NCBI GenBank assembly: GCA_902806345.1
Contig: CADCWF010000148.1
Coordinates: 6,724 to 70,723 of the forward strand
Origin: an uncultured Thermomicrobiales bacterium
GTDB taxonomy: Bacteria; Chloroflexota; Chloroflexia; Thermomicrobiales; UBA6265
Direction: 5' to 3'
Length of the DNA stretch: 64,000 bases
Shown here: in pieces, positions 38,771 to 47,698 of the stretch
Layout of the letters: each line of letters begins with the position of its first letter
Position numbering within the stretch: position 1 is the stretch's first letter
Notes under the pieces: model-generated
The model's database searches: none
The model's input: only the letters and a program-made list of their open reading frames with translations
Told to the model about the DNA's origin: nothing
Position numbers and translations under genes: made by a program

Positions 38771-38940
38771 GGGCTGGTCGTCCATCATCCTTCTCGACTC
38801 CTCGACTCGGCCGCACAAACACGAACCCGGCCACCGTGGGCCGGGCTCGTGCGGGAAGGGGAGGGATTTTTGGAGCGTTGGGGACGCTCCTGGGGTTTTG
38901 GGGAGGGTTCCGGCTTGGGACCGGATCCTCTTGCCCCTAT

Positions 38941-39288
38941 CTACGCCGGGCTCGCCGGATCGGATGCATCGGCGGCGGGGTCGATCCAGCGGCGGCGGGC
39001 GCCGTCGTAGTAGCGGTCGTCCGGACGCCGGGTCGGGGTCGGGATCTCCGGCTCCGGCAACCGGTGCGGCGCCATCCGCAGGGTCCGCCGCCGGGGGTGC
39101 ATCCAGACACGCCACTCGAGACCGGCCAGGTCGTCGAGGATCGTGCCAATGGCCCACCAGCCGTTGCGGCGGGGGAGCGGCCGGCCCGGCATCCCCACCA
39201 CCTGCTCCTGCAGGGCGGCCAGGGTGTAGTGATCGTACCGCTCGTCACCACGGTAGCCGGCCACCCGGACGGCGACGGCGCGGCGCAT
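38941..39288 (-). CDS. hypothetical protein
   Basis: GC3 is about 95% in this frame in a sampled 60-nt stretch. 115 aa from ATG 39288 (MRRAVAVRVAGYRGDERYDHYTLAALQEQ...). No family recognised. Confidence 0.5.
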   Translation of the reverse strand: MRRAVAVRVAGYRGDERYDHYTLAALQEQVVGMPGRPLPRRNGWWAIGTILDDLAGLEWRVWMHPRRRTLRMAPHRLPEPEIPTPTRRPDDRYYDGARRRWIDPAADASDPASPA

Positions 39289-39537
39289 CGCGGCGGCGAC
39301 GAGATCGGGCGGTGGACTGACGGTCGCGGAGGCGGGACCGAGACAGGGCGTGACCACGGCGGAACCCCGGTGAGCGGGGCGATGGTGGCCCCGGCGGTGG
39401 TCCCTACCGGTCGGCGCTCGAGCGCTCCGGGCCGATACGATCATATGTTCTGTTTGGGTTATCCGCAAGCGTTGCCTGGATGGCACGGATACGAACCGAT
39501 CGTCCCCCCTGCACCCGCTCCGTCAGAGCGGCTCGCG

Positions 39538-40845
39538 TTAGAAGGCGACCGGCAAGGTCTCTACCCCTCGGATCAGCGAACCCCGCCGCCAGCGCAGCGC
39601 CTCGCGCGGGGCATCGAGCCGCAGACCCGGCATCCGGCCCAGCAGCGTCGAGAAGGCGACCTGCCCCTCGATCCGGGCCAGCGGTGCGCCAAGGCAGACG
39701 TGGATGCCCATCCCGAACGCGAGGTGGCGGACCGGTTCTCGCCCGATGTCGAACCGCTCCGGGTCGGCGACGAGGGTCTCGTCGCGGTCGGCCGAGGCGA
39801 GGAGCACGATCACCTGCTCGCCCCGCCGGATCGTCTGCCCGTGGAGTTCGATGTCCTCCCGCGCCCAGCGCGAGAGTGAGTGCTCGACCGGCCCCGAGTA
39901 GCGGAGGATCTCCTCGATCGCCCCCTTCATCAGGTCGGGGGACGGCTCCACCTTCAGTCGGGCGAGCTGCTCCGGGTGCTCGAAGAGCGTCAGCATCCCG
40001 TTGCCGATCAGGTTGACCGTCGTCTCGTGGCCGGCGACGATCAGGAGGAAGATCATCGCCACCAACTCGTCTTCCGACAGGCGGTCTCCCTCCGACTCGG
40101 CCTCCACCAGCCCGCTCACCAGGTCGTCCGCCGGCGCTTCTCGTTTCTTGGCGATCAGCCCCCGGAGGTACTCGACGAACTCGAAGAGCAGGTCGTTCTG
40201 CCCTGGATCGCCGGGCTCGGCGGGGTTGAACGCGACGGCGGCGTGCGACCAGACCCGGAACCGCTCCCGCATCCCGACCGGGATGCCGAGCATCTCGGCG
40301 ATCACCGTCAGCGGCAGCGGAAAAGCGAAGGCCTCGATCAGGTCGAAGCGCCGCTCCCCGGACGCCGCCGCCCGCGCCTCGATCTCGTCGACCAGGCCGT
40401 CGGCGATCTGCTGCACCCGCAGCCGCAACCCCTCCACAAATCGCGGAGTGAAGCTCTGCGAGACGAGCCTGCGGAGGCGGGAGTGGTTCGGAGGATCGAC
40501 CCCGAGCAGGTGACGGCTGATCGCCCGGTCCACCTCGGCCACTCGGGCCTGCTGTTCGGGCGTCAGGCGGGACAGCCACCCGGCGTACATCGCCTCCAGC
40601 TGGTCCTGGCTGAAGACGTTGCCGGGGTCGTTGCCGAAGCGGGCGTGGTCGCGCAGCACGGTGAGGGTGTCGTCGTAGCGGGCGACGAACCACATCGTCC
40701 GCCCATCCGGCATCCGGGCGCTGCTGACCGGGTCGGCGGCGCGCAGATCGGCGTAGACGGCGTAGGCGCGGTCCTTGAAGGTCGGGTCGGCGAAGGCCTC
40801 GGCGGCGGCGGTGCCGAGGTCTTGGCCGTGGCTCCGGGTCTGCAT
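39538..40845 (-). CDS. cytochrome P450
   Basis: Heme loop FGMGIHVCLGAPLA, ExxR (EEILR), I-helix AGHETT. Start ATG 40845. Confidence 0.9.
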   Translation of the reverse strand: MQTRSHGQDLGTAAAEAFADPTFKDRAYAVYADLRAADPVSSARMPDGRTMWFVARYDDTLTVLRDHARFGNDPGNVFSQDQLEAMYAGWLSRLTPEQQARVAEVDRAISRHLLGVDPPNHSRLRRLVSQSFTPRFVEGLRLRVQQIADGLVDEIEARAAASGERRFDLIEAFAFPLPLTVIAEMLGIPVGMRERFRVWSHAAVAFNPAEPGDPGQNDLLFEFVEYLRGLIAKKREAPADDLVSGLVEAESEGDRLSEDELVAMIFLLIVAGHETTVNLIGNGMLTLFEHPEQLARLKVEPSPDLMKGAIEEILRYSGPVEHSLSRWAREDIELHGQTIRRGEQVIVLLASADRDETLVADPERFDIGREPVRHLAFGMGIHVCLGAPLARIEGQVAFSTLLGRMPGLRLDAPREALRWRRGSLIRGVETLPVAF

Positions 40846-40960
40846 CCGAACGATCCTTCCGGACGTCCCCGCGGCGACCCGAAGCGGCTGCCGCGATGGC
40901 ACGTCCGGTCGCCAATCTACCACCCGGCACCGTCGCGCTTCCCCGCCGAAACGCAGAATC

Positions 40961-40988
40961 GGCCGCAACCGGTTCGCCGGTTGCGGCC
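40961..40988 (-). terminator. perfect 12-bp hairpin after the Gly/Asn-rich gene
   Basis: GGCCGCAACCGG-(4 nt)-CCGGTTGCGGCC lies 48 nt after the stop codon. The U tract is weak (GAUUCUGCGUUUC). Confidence 0.5.
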
Positions 40989-41035
40989 AATGGGCCCCCA
41001 GGGGTCGCCCCGAGGAGCGCCGGTTGCGTCAGCGC

Positions 41036-41317
41036 CTAGCTGACGAAGGCGACGTTGTAGTTGCCGCCGGAAGCGTCGGCGATGCCGGTGCCGCCGTTGA
41101 GCGACAGGCTCAGGTTGGTGCCGTTGGCGACATCGCCGCCAGCGACCGCGACGTTGCCGTGGGTGTCGCCGACGCCGACGACGTTGCCGGCGTTGGAGCC
41201 GCTGTTGATGTCGCCGACGACGCCCGCGCCGCCGTTGGCCGACGCGACCGCGCCGCCGCCGTTGCCCGCGGCGGCCGTCTCGATGAAGCCGTCGTCCTGC
41301 CCGAAGAGCAGATTCAT
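41036..41317 (-). CDS. Gly/Asn/Val/Ala-rich 93-aa repeat protein (no Lys, Arg, Pro, Cys, Trp)
   Basis: ATG 41317 lies 8 nt after GGGGAGGA. The sequence has quasi-repeats of about 9-12 aa that begin with N-G-G, and the gene is followed by a hairpin. Confidence 0.7.
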   Translation of the reverse strand: MNLLFGQDDGFIETAAAGNGGGAVASANGGAGVVGDINSGSNAGNVVGVGDTHGNVAVAGGDVANGTNLSLSLNGGTGIADASGGNYNVAFVS

Positions 41318-41693
41318 GCCGTGTTCCTCCCCAAACCGAGAACCCCCACTGCCCTCCCCGGACAGCTTCTCTAGTGGTTTACCACAACTCCGTCGGGAAG
41401 TCGATACCTGTGCAACCGGCGCGCGGCGCCACCTTGCAACGTGCTCCGGCACGGGCAGAACCACCCGCCCGATCGATTCGAGCGTGCTTGGTGGACCACT
41501 CATGGAAGCATTGTCGCGGCCCTGCGAGCCCCCTTCGGTCGGGAGGGGACGGCCCGGGGAGGGATGGGCCCGTGCCCGGAGCCGAGCACTTCACTTGTTC
41601 TCGGACGCTACCCTTGCGGGATCGCCGGCTCCGAACGCCGGGCGGGTCTCGAAACGTCCCGTGAGCGACGCCCCAGGGAGCCTTGGCAGATCG

Positions 41694-43010
41694 ATGAGCG
41701 AGCCCGCCGAGCGAAGCTACCGCGCGCTGCGCCACCGTGACTTCCGTCTCCTCTGGGGCGCCGAGCTGCTCTCGGGGGTCGGCACCCAGGGGTTGCGGGT
41801 CGGCGTCGCCTGGCAGATCTTCGCGCTGACCGGCGACCCGCTCCAGTTGGGCCTGCTCGGGCTCGCTCGCTTCGTCCCGCTGCTTCTGCTCGGTTTGGTC
41901 GGCGGCGTCGTCGCCGACAGGGGGGATCGCCGGCGCACCCTCCTCCTCGCCCAGATCGCGCTGCTCGCCACCTCGGCTACCCTCGCCGGGCTCGCCGCGG
42001 CTGGCCGGGTGACCCCGCTCGTCATCTACGGTGCGACCGGCCTCGCCGCTGCCTTCGGCACCGTCGCCGGGCCGACCCGCCAAGCGCTCGTTCCGGGCCT
42101 CGTCCCCAGTGCCAACCTGCCGGGAGCGTTGGCAATGACCACGCTGGCCCACCAGGTTGGCGGCGTCGTCGGCCCGGCACTCGGGGGGCTGCTCATCGCC
42201 ACCCGCGGCCCTGCCGCCGTCTACCTGCTCGACGCCGTCTCCTTCGGCGTCGTCGCCGTCGCTCTGGCCTCGATGCGGACGCGCCCGTTCGTCGCGCCAA
42301 CGACGCAGCGTGGCTGGGCGGCGGTCCGCGAGGGACTCGCCTTCCTCCGGGGGACGCCGATCCTGCTCGGCGTCATGGGGCTCGATTTCCTGGCGACCTT
42401 CTTCGGCGCCGCGACCGTGCTGATGCCGGTCTTCGCCGAGCAGGTACTCGGGGGCGGGCCAACAACGCTCGGCTTGCTGCTGGCGGCACCGGCGGCAGGG
42501 GCGGTGACCGGTGGGGTGGCCGTTGCCGCCGTCCGGTTGCCGGACCGGCCGGGCCTCGGGGTCCTCGTCGCGGTCGCCGCCTACGGGGCGTTCGTCCTCG
42601 GCTTCGGGCTCAGCACCGCCTTGCCCGTCTCGCTCGCGTTGCTGGCGGCCAGCGGTGCCGCCGACGCGGTCAGCATGGCGTTCCGCCACACGCTTCGGAC
42701 CCTGGTCACACCGGACCGCCTCCGCGGCCGAGTCGCCGCCGCCCACTCGACCTTTGCAATGGGCGGCCCCCAGCTCGGCGAGTTCGAGGCCGGGCTGGCG
42801 GCGGCGGCCTTCGGTGCTCCCGTTGCGGTCGCCACCGGCGGCATCGGCGTCGTCCTGACCGCGGCGGCGGTGGCCTGGAAGGTGCCCGGTATCGCCGCCT
42901 ACCGGATCGTCGCAGGAAGTCCACCCGACCCCTCGGCCGAATCCGACGCCGTGCCGGAAGCGCCTCTCGCCGTCGGGGACCCCACGCCGTCCGCGGCCCG
43001 CCATCGATAG
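41694..43010 (+). CDS. MFS transporter
   Basis: Start MSEPAERSYRALRHRDFRLLWGAELLSGVG. 438-aa polytopic protein, divergent from the Gly-rich gene. Confidence 0.85.
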   Translation: MSEPAERSYRALRHRDFRLLWGAELLSGVGTQGLRVGVAWQIFALTGDPLQLGLLGLARFVPLLLLGLVGGVVADRGDRRRTLLLAQIALLATSATLAGLAAAGRVTPLVIYGATGLAAAFGTVAGPTRQALVPGLVPSANLPGALAMTTLAHQVGGVVGPALGGLLIATRGPAAVYLLDAVSFGVVAVALASMRTRPFVAPTTQRGWAAVREGLAFLRGTPILLGVMGLDFLATFFGAATVLMPVFAEQVLGGGPTTLGLLLAAPAAGAVTGGVAVAAVRLPDRPGLGVLVAVAAYGAFVLGFGLSTALPVSLALLAASGAADAVSMAFRHTLRTLVTPDRLRGRVAAAHSTFAMGGPQLGEFEAGLAAAAFGAPVAVATGGIGVVLTAAAVAWKVPGIAAYRIVAGSPPDPSAESDAVPEAPLAVGDPTPSAARHR

Positions 43011-43111
43011 TCGGCAGTGGTCGACGTCCGGGCGGACACCAGCCCCTGCCGCCAGGAACCGCCACCCCGGCGATCTGTGGTGGACGCCGCACGCTCCCCG
43101 CTCGACCGCCA

Positions 43112-43876
43112 TCACGCCCGCTGCGAAAATCTGGCTCGGTGGCGGGCATCGGGCCGCCCTTCACTCCCTCCGTGTCGCAGAGGGGAGCTTTCAACCAGCG
43201 AGGGTCGGTGGTCTTCAACCCCGGCGTCGCAGGCGGGCTTTGGTTGGGCCCGGTGGCGGCGCATCACGCCACCCCGATCCCGTTCCCCGCCGCCCCCGAC
43301 CCGAGCGAGTGCCGCGTCGAGGAGGGGCCACTCGCCGAGGCGGTCGCAGGAGACGGGACCCCAACTGCGAACCAGAGCCCGCCGGAGCGACAGCACGACC
43401 TCGTTCGTGGACCAGGAAGGCGCTCCAATCGATGCGGCGACGGCAGCCGCCGTCTCGTCCACCCTCTTGGAGCTCTTTGCCTGCACCAACGGCGGGGCTT
43501 TCTCCGCATCGATGCCCGCTTCGCCGACGACTTCGTTCGAGGGTACTTCGCCGGCACGCCCCTCTTCGGAAGAGGTGCTTCGGTTGTTCGGCCCCCCCAA
43601 CCCCTGCCAAATGCAGAGCGGCGGGTGATCGTCCGCCTCGGTGGGCCAAGCCGATTGGACGACGGCCGGGTCGGCATCCAAATCGTCCTGGACGAACCGG
43701 CCGCCCGCCGAGCGGAAGAACCCGGCTACGGCATCCATCGAGTCAACTGCCGGCTGCTGGCCCGTCGACGAGATCGACGAGGACGTGGACCAGGGTGAGT
43801 CGGCGGCTACTCCCGCGGTGTAGCTCGACCGGACCCGCGCAGGTGCGGCGCCAATCCGCAGTCGGACACCGGGCAC
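43112..43876 (-). CDS. hypothetical protein, possibly decayed
   Basis: A GC3 sample at 43441-43500 favours this frame, but a sample at 43201-43260 favours another. No recognisable domain. Confidence 0.3.
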   Translation of the reverse strand: MPGVRLRIGAAPARVRSSYTAGVAADSPWSTSSSISSTGQQPAVDSMDAVAGFFRSAGGRFVQDDLDADPAVVQSAWPTEADDHPPLCIWQGLGGPNNRSTSSEEGRAGEVPSNEVVGEAGIDAEKAPPLVQAKSSKRVDETAAAVAASIGAPSWSTNEVVLSLRRALVRSWGPVSCDRLGEWPLLDAALARVGGGGERDRGGVMRRHRAQPKPACDAGVEDHRPSLVESSPLRHGGSEGRPDARHRARFSQRA

Positions 43877-44042
43877 CCGGGAACGCTGGGCTGAACCTCA
43901 GTCGGCCCCGAATTGACCGGGTTCGGGGACCGACCTATAGTAGCCCGGCTCACAGATCCGCAACGATGTCGGATTCCGCCGTCCCCGGATCCGACCCGAG
44001 CGCCGGTCGCCGTCGACCGCGAACGCCGAGAGGAGCCCTCCG

Positions 44043-45404
44043 ATGTCGAACCGGACATTGAATCGACGGCGGCTGCTGCAGACCGGGGCCGCCACGGGCG
44101 TCGTCGCCGGGGTCGGTTCGGCGCTGCCGAACCGGTCGACCTTCGCTGCCCCAGCCATGATCCAGGGTGGGCCGGTGACGCTTCGACTGATGACCCACAA
44201 CACCCTGGAGCAGCCGGCCGGCGAGTTCTTCCGCCAGATGATCGCCGAGTTCGAAGAAGCGAACCCGGACATCACGATCCAGATCGAAGAGGTCCCGAAC
44301 GCCGACATCCTGACCAAGCTGACGGCCTACGCCGAGGGCAACGACCTGCCCGACGTCATCGATGGCCAGTTCGGCCTGGCCAGCTTCGTCAACCTCGACG
44401 CGGCGCTCGACATCACGGATCGGGTCGAGGCCGAGGGGCTGCGGGAGTCGTTCATCCCGGTCGCCCTCCAGGCCGGGATCGACGGCGAGGGCCGCATCCT
44501 CGGCCTGCCCTTCTACACCGGCACCGACGCCCTCTACTACCGGACGGACCACTTCGAGGAGGCCGGGCTCGACCCGAACGCGCCCCCGAAGACGTGGCAG
44601 GAGCTGGCCGACACTGCCAAGGCCCTGACCAACCCCCGCGCCGGCCGCTACGGCTTCGGCATGTACGGCAAGACCCACACCATCCGCGTCGTCCACTTCA
44701 TGCAGAACAACGGGCCGGACGGCGACATGCTGCGGCTCAACCGCGACACCGGCATCTGGACGATCCTGGTTAACAGCCCGGAATCGATCGAGGCCATCGA
44801 GTACATGGTTTCGCTGGCGCGGGAGCACAAGGTGGTGCCCCCGAACGTCGTCGAGATGGACTACCCGGCCAACGTCGCCGCCTTCGCCGCCGGCAACACC
44901 TCGATGCTGACCACCGGCCCCTGGGGTGCCCAGACCTTCATCAGCACCAACCCCGAGATCGAGGGCAAGTTCGGCGTGGCCCTCCACCCGACCCCCGACG
45001 GCGAGACCCCGGTCCTCCGCCAGGGCTCCCTCATCTACGCGGTCGGCCGCACCACGGAGCACCCCGACGAGGCGTTCCGCTTCCTCAAGTGGTTCACCCA
45101 CGACCGGCAGCCCTTCTTCGCCGCCAACGCCAAGTACGGCCCGACCACCAAGGCCGCGCTGGAAGATCCGGCGATCGCCGAGGATCCGTTCCTCTCCGTC
45201 TTCCTTGAACAGTCGTTGAGCGCTGTCGTCGAGCCCTACGAGGTCGAACTCGGCGACTGGAACCGGATGAAGGACCAGTTCGACCCCGAGTGGCAGGCGG
45301 CACTGATCGGGTCCAAGGACGTGACGACCGCCCTCAACACCGCCGCCAGTCGGTTCGCCGAGATCCTGGGCGACCGCGGGGAGCTGAAGTATCCGGTGTC
45401 GTAG
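44043..45404 (+). CDS. sugar ABC transporter substrate-binding protein (CUT1, family 1) with Tat signal
   Basis: MSNRTLNRRRLLQTGAATGVVAG. Body typical of MalE/UgpB-like SBPs. Confidence 0.9.
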   Translation: MSNRTLNRRRLLQTGAATGVVAGVGSALPNRSTFAAPAMIQGGPVTLRLMTHNTLEQPAGEFFRQMIAEFEEANPDITIQIEEVPNADILTKLTAYAEGNDLPDVIDGQFGLASFVNLDAALDITDRVEAEGLRESFIPVALQAGIDGEGRILGLPFYTGTDALYYRTDHFEEAGLDPNAPPKTWQELADTAKALTNPRAGRYGFGMYGKTHTIRVVHFMQNNGPDGDMLRLNRDTGIWTILVNSPESIEAIEYMVSLAREHKVVPPNVVEMDYPANVAAFAAGNTSMLTTGPWGAQTFISTNPEIEGKFGVALHPTPDGETPVLRQGSLIYAVGRTTEHPDEAFRFLKWFTHDRQPFFAANAKYGPTTKAALEDPAIAEDPFLSVFLEQSLSAVVEPYEVELGDWNRMKDQFDPEWQAALIGSKDVTTALNTAASRFAEILGDRGELKYPVS

Positions 45405-45569
45405 GCGATGGGTGATAGGACATAGGACGTAGGATGTCGTGGTCGGCCGGCTGGTTGGCCGGCCGCGGCGCCGCTTGAGGCTCCCTGCCGTCCTGTAGTC
45501 ACGGAGCCGCTCGGTCCGGCTTCCCCGGCGCATTCCGCGGGGCGCCGGTTTTCCGATGGAGGGCGTTCC

Positions 45570-46490
45570 ATGTCGGCAACGAGCCGGGCGACGCCGCTCC
45601 CGAAACGGGCCACGGCACAGCGCCTCGCCCCAAAGGCCCGGATTCACCCGTTCCTCTTCGTCCTGCCCTCGGTGGTGATGCTGGCGGTGCTGCTGGCGCT
45701 GCCGATCGGGCAGGCGCTGCTCCGCACGTTCCAGTCGGACACCGGCTGGGGGCTCGACAACTACGTGCGGGCCCTCCGCGACGACCACCTGGCGCGGCTG
45801 GCGATCGGACACACCTTCTCGTTCGCCTTCTTTTCGGTCGTCGGCCAGTACATCCTCGGCTTCGGCGTCGCCCTAATCCTCAGCGGCAAGTTGCCGTTTC
45901 GGGCGATGTTCCGGGTGCTCTTCCTGCTCCCCTGGATGTTCCCGGCGGTCGTCCCGGGCATCGTCTGGCGGTGGATCTTCGACGGCCTCTTCGGCGTCCT
46001 CAACGAGGCGCTCTACCGCGTCGGCTACTACGCCGAGACCGACGTCCCGATCGCCTGGCTCGGGCAGACGAGCACCGCCCTCGGCGCCACCATCGTCGCC
46101 AACATCTGGCGCGGCTTCCCGTTCATGATGATCCTCCTCCTGGCCGGGCTCCAGGCGGTCAACCACGAGCTGTACGAGGCGGCCTCGGTCGACGGCGCCA
46201 ACGCCTTCCGCCGCTTCAGGGACATCACCCTGCCGGCGATGAAGGGAATCTCCTTCGTGGCCATCCTGCTGGCCTGGATCGGCAGCTTCATGAACTTCGC
46301 GATCGTCCAGGTGATGACCGCGGGCGGCCCGGCCAACGCGAGCGAGGTCTTCGCGACCCTCGTCTACAAGAACGCCTTCCTCTACGCCGACGCCAACTAC
46401 GCCGCCACGCTCGGCATCCTGCTGCTGTTGCTGCTGATGGTCCCCGGCGGCCTCTACGTCCGGGCCACCATCCGGTCCGGCCGCGACTGA
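45570..46490 (+). CDS. sugar ABC transporter permease (MalF/UgpA-like)
   Basis: 306 aa. EAA loop YEAASVDGANAFRRFRDITLP. Confidence 0.9.
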   Translation: MSATSRATPLPKRATAQRLAPKARIHPFLFVLPSVVMLAVLLALPIGQALLRTFQSDTGWGLDNYVRALRDDHLARLAIGHTFSFAFFSVVGQYILGFGVALILSGKLPFRAMFRVLFLLPWMFPAVVPGIVWRWIFDGLFGVLNEALYRVGYYAETDVPIAWLGQTSTALGATIVANIWRGFPFMMILLLAGLQAVNHELYEAASVDGANAFRRFRDITLPAMKGISFVAILLAWIGSFMNFAIVQVMTAGGPANASEVFATLVYKNAFLYADANYAATLGILLLLLLMVPGGLYVRATIRSGRD

Positions 46491-46538
46491 GGCGAGTGCC
46501 GAAGCGAGCAGACCCGACCGGGGGAGACTGAACCGACG

Positions 46539-47420
46539 ATGGCCACGACCGCTCCGATGACCGCAAACGCACCGAGCGGGCTCTCCCGCGCGGGCAAGGA
46601 TCGCCTCGGCACGGGCGTCAAGGTGGCGATTGCGCTGCTCCTGCTGGTGGTCACCCTGTTCCCGATGTACTGGATCATCATCTCCTCGCTCAAGACCAAC
46701 CTCGAGACCCACTCCGTCCCGGTCACCTTCCTGCCGGCGGTCTGGACCCTCGACGCCTACCAGGAGATCTTCGAGCGCCGCAACTTCGCCAAGTACCTCT
46801 CCAACGCGATGGTCGTCGCCGTCGCGACCACGCTCTGGGGGGTGGCGGTCGCGGCTTGGTCTGGCTACGGCTTCGCGCGCTACGACTTCAGGTACAAGGG
46901 CGCGCTGATGGCCTTCGTCCTGATCGCCCAGTCGTTCCCCCGCATCCTGCTCGTCATCCCCTACTTCGAGCTGGCCAACCGGTTCGGCCTGAAGGACACC
47001 TACCTCGGTCTGATCCTCGCCTACAGCACCTTCATCCAACCGCTCTGCCTCTGGATCATGAAGGAGTACTTCGAGCAGATCCCGCGCGAACTCGACGAGG
47101 CGGCGCTGGTCGATGGCGCCACGCCCTACCGGGCCTTCTGGGACATCATCCTGCCGCTGGCCCGGCCGGCCCTCGGGGCGACGGCGATCATTGGCTTTCT
47201 GACGGCCTGGAACGAGTACGAGTTCGCCCTCGTCCTGACGACGACCGAGCGGGTGCGCACCATCTCCGTCGCCATCGCCTCCTTCATCGGCGAGTTCACG
47301 ACCGAGTGGAACCTTGTGATGGCGGCGGCTGCCGTCGGCACCGTCCCCGTGGTCATCATCTTCCTCTTCTTCCAGCGCCAACTGATGCACGGGCTGACCG
47401 GCGGGGCGGTCAAGGGGTAA
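46539..47420 (+). CDS. sugar ABC transporter permease (MalG/UgpE-like)
   Basis: 293 aa. EAA loop DEAALVDGATPYRAFWDIILP. Confidence 0.9.
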   Translation: MATTAPMTANAPSGLSRAGKDRLGTGVKVAIALLLLVVTLFPMYWIIISSLKTNLETHSVPVTFLPAVWTLDAYQEIFERRNFAKYLSNAMVVAVATTLWGVAVAAWSGYGFARYDFRYKGALMAFVLIAQSFPRILLVIPYFELANRFGLKDTYLGLILAYSTFIQPLCLWIMKEYFEQIPRELDEAALVDGATPYRAFWDIILPLARPALGATAIIGFLTAWNEYEFALVLTTTERVRTISVAIASFIGEFTTEWNLVMAAAAVGTVPVVIIFLFFQRQLMHGLTGGAVKG

Positions 47421-47501
47421 GACATTGATGGCGGACTTGGGCATGACGGGCGATCGTCGCAACGCTGCGGTTGCGCGACGGCCGGGGGCCGAAGGTCCGT
47501 G

Positions 47502-47600
47502 CTGAGGCGACGAAGTCCCCCCGGAACTGGGCATGGGGCCAGAGAGCGGTCGCAGCCTCGGGGACACTTCGTTCCCTGAGCCCGGGGCCAAAGGCCCGGG
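47502..47600. repeat. REP-like GC-rich palindromic intergenic element
   Basis: An imperfect inverted repeat, CTGAGGCGACGAAGTCCCC (47502-47520) against GGGGACACTTCGTTCCCTGAG (47560-47580). It is followed by the hairpin CCCGGGGCC-AAA-GGCCCGGG (47581-47600). Confidence 0.5.
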
Positions 47601-47698
47601 CAACGTCGGGCGGGTGACCGCCTCGAACACGGAAGCGACGCGGCGCGTCCGCGACCACGACGGGTAGCGCGAAGGCCGATCGAAACGGGGGAAGCGTT

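Noticed and set aside
41036-41317. RTX-type calcium-binding nonapeptide repeats in the Gly/Asn-rich protein.
   Set aside because: The Asp positions do not fit GGxGxDxUx (GGAGVVGDI, GGTGIADAS). The repeat lengths are irregular, and no T1SS genes are nearby.
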